A stretch of 64,000 nucleotides of DNA from positions 1-64,000 of the forward strand of contig JAUCBJ010000448.1 in the NCBI GenBank assembly GCA_032718475.1, in the 5' to 3' direction. A program made the position numbers and the translations under genes. Under the pieces are notes generated by a model that saw nothing but the letters and a program-made list of their open reading frames with translations, was not told the DNA's origin and did no database searches. Below are positions 51,758 through 63,225 of the stretch, piece by piece. Within the stretch, counting starts at the first letter, position 1, and each line of letters starts with the position of its first letter. The stretch is from Nemertoderma westbladi. Lineage: Eukaryota; Animalia; Xenacoelomorpha.

Positions 51758-54700
51758 CCAACAGGATTCAACCTTCAAGGTTCAATTAGAACCCCCTGGA
51801 TTAGACCGGTAGTTTCTGGACCTCGGTTTACTGGTTATGATACTGCAAGGTCATCTGCAGTACCCGCCACTGGAGGTGCACCACAACCCACTGCATCATC
51901 TGAAACGCCCAGATGCTCATCCTCAGAAAGGGTTTCATCAATGGCTATTCAGACTAATGCAGCAGCTTGGTTCCGTGTTGAAGCTGAAAAGCGCAATATG
52001 GAATTGGTGTGGGTACGTGGCGATGGAAATTGCATGTTTAATGCATTCCGTATTTCATCACAAGGAATTACTGATTCCCCTCTGTTGATGAGAAAGAAAG
52101 TACGGGACTATCTCCGGGAGCATTCTCAGGAATTTTCTGATAAGTATGCTCCTGGGCCATATGAACTGCCTTTTGCGGAATTTGTCGCACAGCTAATAAA
52201 CCAATCTCATGACGTGGTATTTGGTAACTCCATTGTCCTTGAAGCCCTCGGTAGAATTTACTCACGTTTATTCGTGGTATTGACTACTGAGTTTGGCAAT
52301 CATATGGAACAAGTTGGGGTGCCAGGAATGCCCAACGTCCTGATTGGCCATGATTATGTTGGCGCGCATTATTATGCTTTTAGACCGTTGCCATTATGTG
52401 GAGTTACCCGTGTGGAACCACCTTCTTCGAGTGCAAGTGCAATACCGCTTCCTCACCCACAACTGTCCACAACCACTGCATCAACTTCACCTCATGTTGA
52501 ACAACAGCAACCACCTCCACCTCAACCTTCAACATCCCAACCCCAAGCAGGAGAATTTGGGGAATGTGATGATAGAATGGATTGGTCTGCATTTGAAGAG
52601 GACGAGGAGACCCTTCGATATGACTCAATCCGTATCGATCATTTGAATCTTCCCGATATTGACCTGAGTGAGGAAAGTGATGAGGATATGGTTGAAGAGG
52701 TGGATATTGTTGTTGAAGACAATGATGGTGAAGTTGCAATGGAAGTTGATGGTGACTATCAACATGATAGTGTGGTCATTCTAGAGAATGAGGAGGTATG
52801 TGTGAATTGCAGGCGCATTAAAACTCCAGAACATCCATTAGAGTTACGCATGAGTAGGAAAGCAGTTAATCGGGAATATGGTTCGCTCCGCCATGCCAAT
52901 GAGATGGATTATGTGCTTTGTAAGGAGTGCTCCATCTATTTGGGAGGAAAGGGTTCTCATGGTCCTTGGGCCAGTGGCTGGCCATCCTTTATATATTCAG
53001 GTCTAGTAAATAGGGTTGCTGGTTTGGGTAATCCGACCAACTTACTTGATTTACTGCCAGAAGAGTTAAGGGACAGCTGGAGGTTTGTCATTGATGAATT
53101 TGATCTTCGTCCTACGAAGACTGTTCTCAAGGACTTTACCAAGGATCTTCGTGAGTACCATGAAGTGATGGAGGAAATCGACTTAGGAAAGCTTACCAGT
53201 TTAATGAACAATGGTTGCTTTCCTAGTGTTGTGTGTGGTATGGGATGTGTCCAGTACATGGAAGCATGCCGACCCATTCCATTCAATCACTTCTTGGCGA
53301 GCCGTTTCCCAATTAAACAGGTATTTCATGCTAAGCCAGATCAAGTACGGTCCTTCAGGAGTGATTGGCCATATACATTCAAGGAACTCGATTGGGAAGC
53401 GATGGGTGGTACGATTGTAACTAGTAAAGGCTTGGGTATCTTGGTATGCAAGAAGCACAAGTCAACTAACAAGTTAGTCTTCCACCTTCCAAACAACCCT
53501 GTATCTCCTGATGACCCTATTATTTACCCAGACATGTTTGCCATGGCCACTTTAACTCCTCATATAGTGCGTGGCCCACGTGATGGTGTTTATTCGAACA
53601 GTTTCCATACTGTAAAGGCTGAAGGAAATTCCTATGGGTTGTCGTCGTGCTATATCGAGCTTGATCCTGTGCACCAATACTTCCCTGAAGAAGCCCTCAG
53701 GGATGGCAAGTTGTACCACGCTGAATCTCTCACATTAGAATGTCGTCCTGATGTGAACGAGTTCATGCGACAGGGACGACATCGCCATCTTGATCCTGGA
53801 TATATTGAACATGTCACTGGCTATTATAAACCACCGGAACAACACTTCATTCAGGAAGCCTTGGAAGGAGCTACATACATGGATGTGTATGACTGCTACA
53901 GGCTTCATGAACGAATTTTGAATAAGGGAACGGAAGAGAACGAAAGAGATAGATTTTCTTTCAAGGATATCTGTCTCGATGAAATGCCAATTATGCAACC
54001 TTGTAATGCTATCGGCAGAAGGTCATGGTGTATTCATAATGAGACAGGTTTCTCTACTGGCCTTAGACTACAGATGCTATCATTTTCAGTGATGCATTGC
54101 CGAGTGATGCATAGTATCCTCCAGGCTTTGGAAGTTAAGAGTGATGCCCAAAAGGCACTTCTTAAATATCTGAAGTTTGGGGTGTATGCTGCGTATTGCA
54201 CAGCACAGCAGAGACGTATGTATGCCTTTCATGTTCTTGAGCGATTAGAGGAGGACATTGATCTTGGTTTACATCGTCAAACTGTTGACAGCCAAGTAGC
54301 TCTAATGCTGGAAGAACTTATTCCAGGTTGTATTGAGGTTAATAGTATTGATGACATAATCAATGATGACATTTATGTCCTTAGCAAGCCACATAATACT
54401 GGCAGAGGGGAGCCATTCCCTTTGCAGTTACGTGGTTATTACCTTCACGCTGCTTTGACGGTTAGCTTTGATAAGTTGTCAGGAATCTTTCGATGGAGTG
54501 ATGATCATTCATTCCAGCACTTCTTACATGAGGGAAATAAACTGGTGCCACCTATGGTAGATGATCCTGAGGGTGCCATTAAGAAGGCGCAACTTTACAT
54601 CTATGTAAAGAAGGGCTGCTATAATCTTACTGAAATACAGCGTGATCTGTTCATTGCAAATTTCGCTGATCAAAGTAAAGTTAAGTGTTCCCAGCATAAA

Positions 54701-57700
54701 ACATTACTCCGTAGAGAAAACTTTAGGGAGGATAATGGATTATGTGTTAAGTCGCACTCTGGTACTAGTGTGAGTAAGAATATCCGCTGGCGGTGCCCTT
54801 ATGGGTTTCCTGAAAATCAGTGTGAGGTTGGTTTGTGTCTTAGTCACTGGAAGGATGTGATTGTTCAACCTGAGATTGAGATACTTATTGGTCCTTGCAA
54901 TGACCAGAGTAATGTTCAAATTCAACACTCGAGAGGTCTACAAGTAGGTGGCGATCAGCGCCGTCCTGATGATGACTCAGATGATGAGGAAGTGGAGGAT
55001 CCTCTAGATAGGGCAAGCAGAATTTTTGGTGGTGATTTTCAAACTGATGATTCTGCTATTCCTATGGAAGACTATGTGGTGGGGATAAACGATGGTGACT
55101 ATGATGACGATGAGTATCCATTAGTAGGATTGGCAACTGGTGCCACTATTCCTATTTATGATGTTGGACGGGTCTCTTCTCATTGTCTTTTGAACAATCA
55201 GAATGGCCTCCAGATACTTAAGCGTACACGTGGTTATGGGGGTAAAGGTAGCGCCTATGTAAATAAGGTGCTGTATCATATTGCCTCCCGTTCACCTGGC
55301 ATCCATTTGCCCCTTATGTACATTGAAGGATTACTGTTTCCAAGAAACTTCTGGTACATGAAGGCTAATGGAAGCGTTGTTGGTGCTATTCCATCATTCT
55401 TGTATGGCCTTCCATTCAATGCTCCTAATTATGGTATTGCATCACTACGGGATCATATGCATATCAGGACATTTGATGAACGGCTGTTTTCGTCAAAGGA
55501 TCCAGCCTATCTTCATTACTGGTTTGATGTGTACATGAACTCAGTATTGAACCATACTTCTGCTCAGCTTGTTCTCCGTAAGGGATTTGAACAAGTCTGT
55601 GAGGGGGAGGAAAGGCTTCAATCTGGTGCTTCAGATACCATTTTACGTTTCGACGAAATGGAATCACGGCGTCGTGTGAGGGAGCTTTGTGCACTTTTGC
55701 GGTATGGTTACTGGAATTATTTTTTCACAGCCACCTGTAATAATGCGCATACTCCAGGTGTTTCACCAGTTTATGATGCAGTTCGGAGGCTCTATGAGCA
55801 TCTGGATGGCAGAAAGCTGGCGTTAGCTATGGAGAAGTATACTGCTTTATTCACACGCTGTTGGAATCGTTTCGCAGATCACCTTCACCATTGGATTGAA
55901 CGAGGTATTGATAAACCCTTTGGTGATGTGAAGTATATATGGACACGAATGGAGGCTCAAGATCAGGGATCCCCTGTAGCAAATATGCTACATATCCATG
56001 GTGGAATAACCCTCCACCCGGAGTCTATAGAGGAGACACGCGATAGGATTTGCTGTCGAACCACTGACTTGTTATCTCCTTTCTTTGGGACAGATCGTCC
56101 TCAATTGGTTGAGCAAGGAATCATTGAGGATGACGAATGGTCTCAGCTGTTCAGCCTAAAGCACCTGCAAACGCATAACTGCGACCGAGCTGGCAGTCGG
56201 TGCCATAAACGTATTGACGAGGCTGGAAATACGTTTTGCCGAATGCCTCGTCATGTTGCTAGTATGGATAATGGCTTTAAACCTAAGACTGACATGTACA
56301 CCGATGATGCCCTCAATGATCTGGAATCTATAGACCTTCTTCAAAGAAATGATGATGGGTCTCTTAGATTAGATGATCAGGGTAATCGATTGGCACATAT
56401 AAATCTTATTGGAGGTCGCCATACTTATTCTGCTAGTGGTTTTGAGTTTGCGGTACCAACGATACCTAGGTATTGGGTGGCTTTGAGATCATCCACCAAT
56501 GTACAGGCTTGTGATACAAAGTTTTGCACTTCGTATTGTGCCAAGTACTTGGGGGGTCCTGAAGAACGGCGTGCAGTTAAAATTGACGGACAAAAGAATC
56601 TGACCTCAGTGAAGGTCACTCATACTGAACAGGAAGGAATAAAGATATCTGGGGTTAATTATCTCAAGAAGCAGGCAGATATGAAGGATAGCAATAAGAG
56701 TGGCATCAAAGCTCGGGAGATGGGATATCCAGAGATTCTTCATAATCTTCTGGGCTTCCCATACATCAGATCAAATGTGGACTTTGTCCATGTTTCCACT
56801 CTGAGTCCTGAGTACCGGCACGGCATTGTGAAACAACAAACAAGAGATGTTCATTTAGGAGTTCTTGAAGCTGTTCAAACACGATTAATGATGCCAGGTT
56901 TACCAGAATGGCGTAACTTCACAAATAATCAAATTCTTACTGTCAATGAGATGGGTAAGAGTGATTATATTGCTGATGGTTTAACTTCTTTCAGCATAAG
57001 AGCTCCTGAGCTTCGAATCTTTGACAAACTTGACGTATTCTACGAATGCTTTGCTCTTTCAGCAAGGGTCAAGAAAAGTCAATGTGATTTGGAGCTGAAG
57101 AAGTGCCATTGGATAGATGGTAATAACCGTCTATGGAAGCTACGACCTTCTGGCATTCCGATAGCTGTAGAATTTCTAACAAGAAAGGCTACAACTGGTA
57201 ATGTTATCGCTAGGCAGTTATTGGATGAGGTATTCTTACCTATATCCAGAGGAGAACTTCATAAGATCTTTGTGAGTTCGCTTGAGAAACATAAGAAACC
57301 TGCCATAGTTGTGTTCTCAAGTGTTAGCCCATTGCAAATGGGACGTTTCTTGTTTCACCTTGCCTATTCCCTTGGAAGTTTTGAGACTGAACTAGATTTA
57401 TTAGATGTTCAGGATATTCGTACAACTTTCAAGAAGGCAAGTCTAATATCAGATGATGTTATTGTGCCGGAATGTGAAGTCACTGACTTATTGAAATCCT
57501 ATGTCATGAGAGACTTGCATTATCAATCTATTGGTAATGCACAATTCCAACGTTATCTACATCTTGCAATCACTGGTATTCGGCAATTCTTTGCTGGTGA
57601 TGGCTTGTTATATGAGGCTATTCCTCTATTTTATGAGGATAGTATTCGTGTGCAAGCTACGAAAGAAGTAGAAAGGTTAGAGGAGGTCAGCCATGTCAAT

Positions 57701-59806
57701 CTTATGGAGGCTTTATACGGGCAGGAGGGATTGATATTGCCAGATATGGCTGATTTAGCACGTGCTACACGGGCCCATCCTCTAGAGTGGCAACCTTTAC
57801 TGGATGTGGCTAGTGGCCAAACAGGGGAATCTGTTTCTGAGCAAAAGAACATGCTACAAGTATTGGTGAATGCTGTTGATGCTTATTGTCATCCATCATC
57901 AACATTTGTTAAATCCCCTTGGTTGGTTGGCGCACCTGGTGTTGGCAAGACTCATGTTATGCTAATGGGACTGGCATATAGCCTCTCGCGTGGTTTAAAT
58001 GTGCAGCTAACTGCTATTACCAGCGAGAGAGCTAGGTTGCTTGGTGGTGTACATCTACATCTACTGATGCCATTCAGTGTTGGAAGAGGTTCACGCTCAT
58101 TAACTAGCACTTGTTTAGCCCAGGATTGCTTATTAGCACTGGCAAAGAATCCATCCAAACTTGCATATCTCCAAAGATTGAATGTTATCTTCTTTGAGGA
58201 ATGTGGAATGCTCTCATGTGAGTATCTTGCAGCTATTGACTTGGTATTACGCCGAATCTGTAACACACAGAGACCCTTCGGTGGCAAACTCTTCATTGGG
58301 TGTGGAGATCATCTACAATTAGAACCTGTGGATGGTAGGGTTGTATGGCTCAGCACACATTTTTTAACAACATTCACTGTTTGTGTGGCGAGACATTATG
58401 TTCGTAGTGCTAATGACGAGGAATTGCAACACGTCATTAATATTATGCGAAGCACCAACCCAAGTCCAAACCTTATTGATGAAGTGATTGCTATATTGAA
58501 GCGGCGGTGTAACTTTGTTGATAGTTGGGATGAAGTCCCTGATGATGTCTTGAAGGTTGTTGGCACTAGAGCTGCAGAGCAAGAGGTACTACAGAAATAC
58601 CTAAACCTTCATAGGAATGAGCCTGGGACAGTTGTAATAAGCGGCCATGATGAGGTTAGTTCTACTGCTTCTAATACTAGCTCATGGAAGCCTACAAACA
58701 CTCCCAGCATTATCAGTTCAATCACGAGATCTTGTCGGGAACCCATGGAGTTGGTTTTATTTCTAAACCAGATCCTTAGGTTCACATACAATCAGCTTTC
58801 TGGACAACCTCAATTTTCCAATGGTCAATTGTCTGTTGTTAAAGCAGTACCAGCTGATTGCGATGATTTCTTGGAATTGGCTGTTGTTCCAAAAGGTTGT
58901 CGTCAAATTGAAGAGGTTGAGAGTACCTGGCCTGTGGCTAAAGTTAAGCAACGGCCTTGTGCTGCCACTTCTACTGGTTTTGGTAGCAATCTTCTTGGCA
59001 GACGGGTGCAGTTTCCGGTGCGCTACTTTGGGGCAGGAACTGTCCATGGTATACAAGGACAAGATGCCCCAAGCTTAGCAACACAGATCTCCTCTGATGC
59101 CAAGAGTAAGTATAGGCTATGGCTAAAAACCCAGATAACAACCTTAATATCGAGGGTACGGTATCTCAACACATTTACATTTGTTGGCAAGATGGATGAG
59201 GCCTTTAATTGTATCCGCATCTTGCTTAGCATGAAGTCGCCCAATCAAGATTATATAGACCAGTTATTAAGACGTCTTAATATTCTTATTGGGCCCCCTC
59301 AGGTACCTCTCATGTTTGAATATCACCCCTTCCGACCCTTCTTTAGGGAAATCCCTGGTGCACAAATTGGATTTGTGTATATGCTTATCAGCATTCGGTT
59401 GCCTAATGTGAATTACACTGGTCAAACTGAGAACCTGAAAATGAGACTTCAGAGTCACCAAAATAAAACAGGTTCGGAGTTTACAAAGAATCCTGTTTTA
59501 CATCCTTGGTCTCTGTATGCTTTCATATACGGGTTTCCTGGTGACGCCAAGAGTAAACTCAATACAGAAAACCGTAAGGGATTTGAGACTAGGTGGCATC
59601 ATATGGCAGAGACTGGACCTGCAGGTGGGGATATGACCAAAGGACGAGACCAGGTGTATGCTATGGGTGTTGAGATTGTGCGTCAATATAATGCTGAGTT
59701 TTATGTTGATGCAGATGGAAATGCAAAGCGTTTTGAACTAACAATGGTTAAATGCCAAGAGTTAATTCAAGATAATTTGCAAGCCGAGATCCCAATGTCT
59801 CAATAG
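51758..59806 (+). CDS. Exon 3 of RepHel-like polyprotein: OTU + Cys-rich + HUH Rep + Pif1-like helicase + GIY-YIG (contains the 2621-aa ORF 51941-59806)
   Basis: OTU VRGDGNC...HYY (about 52012-52380). CVNC and CKEC pairs (about 52800, 52918). Rep motif I YFFTATCN (55718), II HIH (55991), III YCAKY (56534). Walker A GAPGVGKT (57929), Walker B FFEECG (about 58190), PFGGK...GDHLQLEPV, QFPV...TVHGIQG, LISRV. C-terminal FVY...YTG...RLQSH...PW...GF...FE. Acceptor ttttttag at 51757 is open in frame to the ATG at 51941 (183 nt). Confidence 0.93.
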   Translation, partial: PTGFNLQGSIRTPWIRPVVSGPRFTGYDTARSSAVPATGGAPQPTASSETPRCSSSERVSSMAIQTNAAAWFRVEAEKRNMELVWVRGDGNCMFNAFRISSQGITDSPLLMRKKVRDYLREHSQEFSDKYAPGPYELPFAEFVAQLINQSHDVVFGNSIVLEALGRIYSRLFVVLTTEFGNHMEQVGVPGMPNVLIGHDYVGAHYYAFRPLPLCGVTRVEPPSSSASAIPLPHPQLSTTTASTSPHVEQQQPPPPQPSTSQPQAGEFGECDDRMDWSAFEEDEETLRYDSIRIDHLNLPDIDLSEESDEDMVEEVDIVVEDNDGEVAMEVDGDYQHDSVVILENEEVCVNCRRIKTPEHPLELRMSRKAVNREYGSLRHANEMDYVLCKECSIYLGGKGSHGPWASGWPSFIYSGLVNRVAGLGNPTNLLDLLPEELRDSWRFVIDEFDLRPTKTVLKDFTKDLREYHEVMEEIDLGKLTSLMNNGCFPSVVCGMGCVQYMEACRPIPFNHFLASRFPIKQVFHAKPDQVRSFRSDWPYTFKELDWEAMGGTIVTSKGLGILVCKKHKSTNKLVFHLPNNPVSPDDPIIYPDMFAMATLTPHIVRGPRDGVYSNSFHTVKAEGNSYGLSSCYIELDPVHQYFPEEALRDGKLYHAESLTLECRPDVNEFMRQGRHRHLDPGYIEHVTGYYKPPEQHFIQEALEGATYMDVYDCYRLHERILNKGTEENERDRFSFKDICLDEMPIMQPCNAIGRRSWCIHNETGFSTGLRLQMLSFSVMHCRVMHSILQALEVKSDAQKALLKYLKFGVYAAYCTAQQRRMYAFHVLERLEEDIDLGLHRQTVDSQVALMLEELIPGCIEVNSIDDIINDDIYVLSKPHNTGRGEPFPLQLRGYYLHAALTVSFDKLSGIFRWSDDHSFQHFLHEGNKLVPPMVDDPEGAIKKAQLYIYVKKGCYNLTEIQRDLFIANFADQSKVKCSQHKTLLRRENFREDNGLCVKSHSGTSVSKNIRWRCPYGFPENQCEVGLCLSHWKDVIVQPEIEILIGPCNDQSNVQIQHSRGLQVGGDQRRPDDDSDDEEVEDPLDRASRIFGGDFQTDDSAIPMEDYVVGINDGDYDDDEYPLVGLATGATIPIYDVGRVSSHCLLNNQNGLQILKRTRGYGGKGSAYVNKVLYHIASRSPGIHLPLMYIEGLLFPRNFWYMKANGSVVGAIPSFLYGLPFNAPNYGIASLRDHMHIRTFDERLFSSKDPAYLHYWFDVYMNSVLNHTSAQLVLRKGFEQVCEGEERLQSGASDTILRFDEMESRRRVRELCALLRYGYWNYFFTATCNNAHTPGVSPVYDAVRRLYEHLDGRKLALAMEKYTALFTRCWNRFADHLHHWIERGIDKPFGDVKYIWTRMEAQDQGSPVANMLHIHGGITLHPESIEETRDRICCRTTDLLSPFFGTDRPQLVEQGIIEDDEWSQLFSLKHLQTHNCDRAGSRCHKRIDEAGNTFCRMPRHVASMDNGFKPKTDMYTDDALNDLESIDLLQRNDDGSLRLDDQGNRLAHINLIGGRHTYSASGFEFAVPTIPRYWVALRSSTNVQACDTKFCTSYCAKYLGGPEERRAVKIDGQKNLTSVKVTHTEQEGIKISGVNYLKKQADMKDSNKSGIKAREMGYPEILHNLLGFPYIRSNVDFVHVSTLSPEYRHGIVKQQTRDVHLGVLEAVQTRLMMPGLPEWRNFTNNQILTVNEMGKSDYIADGLTSFSIRAPELRIFDKLDVFYECFALSARVKKSQCDLELKKCHWIDGNNRLWKLRPSGIPIAVEFLTRKATTGNVIARQLLDEVFLPISRGELHKIFVSSLEKHKKPAIVVFSSVSPLQMGRFLFHLAYSLGSFETELDLLDVQDIRTTFKKASLISDDVIVPECEVTDLLKSYVMRDLHYQSIGNAQFQRYLHLAITGIRQFFAGDGLLYEAIPLFYEDSIRVQATKEVERLEEVSHVNLMEALYGQEGLILPDMADLARATRAHPLEWQPLLDVASGQTGESVSEQKNMLQVLVNAVDAYCHPSSTFVKSPWLVGAPGVGKTHVMLMGLAYSLSRGLNVQLTAITSERARLLGGVHLHLLMPFSVGRGSRSLTSTCLAQDCLLALAKNPSKLAYLQRLNVIFFEECGMLSCEYLAAIDLVLRRICNTQRPFGGKLFIGCGDHLQLEPVDGRVVWLSTHFLTTFTVCVARHYVRSANDEELQHVINIMRSTNPSPNLIDEVIAILKRRCNFVDSWDEVPDDVLKVVGTRAAEQEVLQKYLNLHRNEPGTVVISGHDEVSSTASNTSSWKPTNTPSIISSITRSCREPMELVLFLNQILRFTYNQLSGQPQFSNGQLSVVKAVPADCDDFLELAVVPKGCRQIEEVESTWPVAKVKQRPCAATSTGFGSNLLGRRVQFPVRYFGAGTVHGIQGQDAPSLATQISSDAKSKYRLWLKTQITTLISRVRYLNTFTFVGKMDEAFNCIRILLSMKSPNQDYIDQLLRRLNILIGPPQVPLMFEYHPFRPFFREIPGAQIGFVYMLISIRLPNVNYTGQTENLKMRLQSHQNKTGSEFTKNPVLHPWSLYAFIYGFPGDAKSKLNTENRKGFETRWHHMAETGPAGGDMTKGRDQVYAMGVEIVRQYNAEFYVDADGNAKRFELTMVKCQELIQDNLQAEIPMSQ

Positions 59807-59984
59807 AGTACTGTGTCTTGTTTCTTCTTCGTCTTCTAATGTCCGTGTCCTGTGTACCTATGCTTATGCAGCTATGCCAAACTTGCAACTTTCCAAACTT
59901 ACCTTCCCATCTTGTTCAGGCTTAAAATTAAGAATTCTGCCTTATAAATGCAGGCTTTATCAAGGTTATTATATTTTTATATAC

Positions 59985-60545
59985 TTTTTCTTTTGTATTT
60001 TGTCTTTTTACTTTTATCTTTTTCTTTGACTTTCGTCTTTTCACTTTTGTCTTTTAACTTCCTTATAAATACTGGCTTTATCAAGGTTATTTATATTTTT
60101 ATATTTTTTTGTATTTTGTCTTTTTACTTTTATCTTTTTCTTTGACTTTCGTCTTTTGACTTTTGTCTTTTCACTTTTGTCTTTTAACTTTAGTCTTTTG
60201 ACTTTTGTCTTTTGTTGTTTGACTTTTGTCTTATAACTTTGGTCATTTGTCTTTTGACTTTTGTTTTTTGACTTTTGTGATTTGACTTTTGTCTTTTGAC
60301 TTCAGTCATTTTACTTTTGTTTTTTTATTTTTGTCTTTTGACTTCAGTCATTTTACTTTTGTCGTTTTACTTTTGTCTTGTTATTTTTGTCTTTTGACTT
60401 GTTATTTTTCTTTTGTCTTTTTACTTTTTACTTTTGTCTTTTTTGTTTTTGATTATTGTATTATATTGTATTATTGTATTTTTACTTTTGTTTTTTTACT
60501 TTTTCTTATATATTTTTACATTTTTAGTTTTTATTTTTGTTTTTT
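59985..60545. repeat. Degenerate TTTTGAC/TTTTGTC heptamer tract
   Basis: Direct reading of the sequence. Confidence 0.85.
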
Positions 60546-61157
60546 CTTATGCCTTGATAATTAAAATAGTATTTTTCAATTCTCCAATGGTGGGTCGCTT
60601 GAGGAGAGTTGTTGTTCTATGTTTATTGTTTATGCCTGCATAATTAAGGCAGGAAAGAATTAAAATCTCATGATAAGAATACTGGTATAATAAGATCTAC
60701 TTTCTTTGAGAATTCGTAAGAACAATTACTCTAGAGGTGAGCATTTTAGTTGGCCCGGGTGTTGTTCATTACATTTTCTCATTGTTAAGAATTTAGGAAA
60801 GAATTAAAATCTCATGATAAGAATACTGGTATAATAAGATCTTACAATAAGAATGTGTTTCTGTCAATATGTCTGCACCATCATCTCTCTTACCATGCTA
60901 ACTCTCTCTCTAATCCAGGGTGGTCAGGAACCAAACCCGTCTTTTTAAGGCGGGTGGCTGGAATTTGGTCAATTCTAGCCAAACCATGTTTCTCCTTGAT
61001 GACACAGTGTTCTTGCCGTATTATCAATTTTGTGTTTTAAAGACATTCTATTATCTTTTTAACATAATTGTAAATATGGTTAACCGAATATTGACAAATA
61101 TTTTTGTCAATACCCATGGCGTTCATATTTTTACCTAACAGACATTTGGTTGATATA

Positions 61158-61402
61158 CTTTTGTCTTTTGACTTTTGTCTTTTGACTTTTTTCTTTTGAC
61201 TCTTGTTATTTCACTTTTGCCTTTTGACTTTTGTCTTTTGACTTTAGTCTTTTGACTTTTGACTTTTGTCGTTTGACTTTTGTCTTATGACTTTTGTCAT
61301 TTGTCGTTTGACTTTTGTCTTTTGACTTTTGTCCATTGACATTTGTGATTTGACTTTTGTCTTTTGATTTTTGTCTTTTGACTTTTGTCTTTTGACTTTT
61401 GT
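61158..61402. repeat. TTTTGAC/TTTTGTC heptamer tract
   Basis: Direct reading of the sequence. Confidence 0.9.
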
Positions 61403-62094
61403 TAAATATCTTTACACCATAATTTGTTGGTATGTGTAATTTAATGGACACATGGCCTACTTGGAAAGGACACTGAGGAGAATACAATAAGTAGGAAATG
61501 CACTATGCTTTGTGATACTTACTATTTTACTATCATATCGTCAATCTCTGATAGAAGGTGGTAGTAGAAATGTAAATTAATATTGCAAGACATAAGAGTC
61601 CAAAGTCTCTGTAAAGCATGATGGCTACTTCTTCTTCATAATCATATCATTATTGTGATTATTATAATTATATATAGATATATGTTGTTTTGAAGTTATC
61701 GAAGATGGTAAGTTACTAAATTTACTAGTAATGGTAAGTTTGTTATATAATTATAGTATGTATGTATGTGATTAATTATGATTATTGAATTATTGTTAGA
61801 AGAGAAACTTTTTATTAACTTTTTGATTAATTTATCTCTATTATATCTTTTATTTAATTTTTATTTATAGACATTTCTTCATAATTAGTCAATTTATAGT
61901 TTTAAACATGTGGATTATTTAAATGATTCTGGAAATAGTTGTCATCTATCAACTCTTTGTTTACATATTTTATTCTGGAGAATGCAATTTCTAGGTAAGT
62001 TGTTAATGGGGGTTGTTATAAAGTAATGTGGAAGAGTGGAAGGGTTTAATATGGAAGATTAACGAGCCTACAAAATTCTCCCATTCTTATAAAG

Positions 62095-62232
62095 TAATGA
62101 GGGTGGTGGGCGGGGTTGGTGGACAATAAATATTATAAAGTTATTAGGGTGGTGGGCGGGGTTGGAGGACAACAAATATTATAATTTAATGAGGGTGGTG
62201 GGTGGGGTTGGAGGACAATAAATATTGTAAAG
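62095..62232 (+). repeat. Three G-rich about 45-bp repeats
   Basis: GAGGGTGGTGGGCGGGGTTGGAGGACAATAAATATT. A related single copy lies in family A at about 2968, 7165 and 32814. Confidence 0.8.
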
Positions 62233-63225
62233 TAATGGAAAGGCATTCCAGATGTTTTATGATTATTATCTTACTCATTATCATTTACTTCATTACCATT
62301 CTATATTATATACCTATACTCTAAATCTCTAAAATCACTGTAAATCTAAGATTAGATAAAATCACTGTAAATCTAAGATTAGAAGCATTTGCTTTACTTC
62401 TTGTTTACTTGCAAGGTTATTTTAATATATAATGCCTCAGTATAATATCAAATGGGGTGAAACCCGGATTAACTGGAAAATGTTTCATTATTATTACAGT
62501 AGTGTTTAAGTAAGTAGTATTAATAAAGGATAAGTTAATTATTAATACATATCTTCAACTTTGTTTGTATGGTTGTATTAATAATAATGTTACTTTATAA
62601 ATTGGGTCTAATACCATCTTCTTTACTCCAAAATTATGATAACTTATAAGAGGATGGGGTTCGTGATTACTTGTTATTATTATAAAGTTCGGCCACTCGT
62701 CCCACTCGGCTTTAAAGAGTCCTGCTTACCATACATATGGGCCACACATCGACAGGGTAATGTCCGTAGGACCACTCAACCAACCCGGCCATGCAAACGC
62801 AGCCATTCCAATGCACCTACATGAACTGGTTTCAGAATTGTTAAGATTTTTGAGAGAGTAGAGCCCAACATGCACTTTAAATTAAAGAGTAATACAAAAT
62901 AATTATATCTACCCATTAGAATATATAGATAACAATCATACGTAACATAAATCACTAAATATTAATCCTTCAATCATTGTCATAACTTCTTGTAGTTTTT
63001 TTTACGCAGTTGAATTACTATTATGTTACTATATCGATCGGGGCCAAACCCGCATCACGCGATACAAGCCGAACCCAATTCGTGCCATAAATTCTACTCG
63101 TCAGCTCCCACCCACAGCTATTATTTGATTGATAGAGGGTTATGATATTTTTTTTGCTTTGGGGTTGGGAATTAAGTGCCCCCACTCGGCTATAGAGAGT
63201 GCCTCTCGGTACGTTCACTGGATGT

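Larger units (their letters stand above)
34076..63225 (+). mobile_element. Putative autonomous Helitron/Helentron-like rolling-circle element (unit 13, 29150 bp)
   Basis: Bounded by the same CTGGATGT junctions (34068-34075 and 63218-63225) as all other units. The first about 2.5 kb and last about 0.9 kb match family A ends. The interior encodes Rep-helicase and SGNH ORFs. Confidence 0.85.

Noticed and set aside
52068-59686. Short overlapping and antisense ORFs within the large ORF
   Set aside because: Shadow frames of the RepHel coding sequence.
59948-61487. Phe/Leu-rich and Lys-rich ORFs
   Set aside because: Translations of the TTTTGAC/TTTTGTC tracts.
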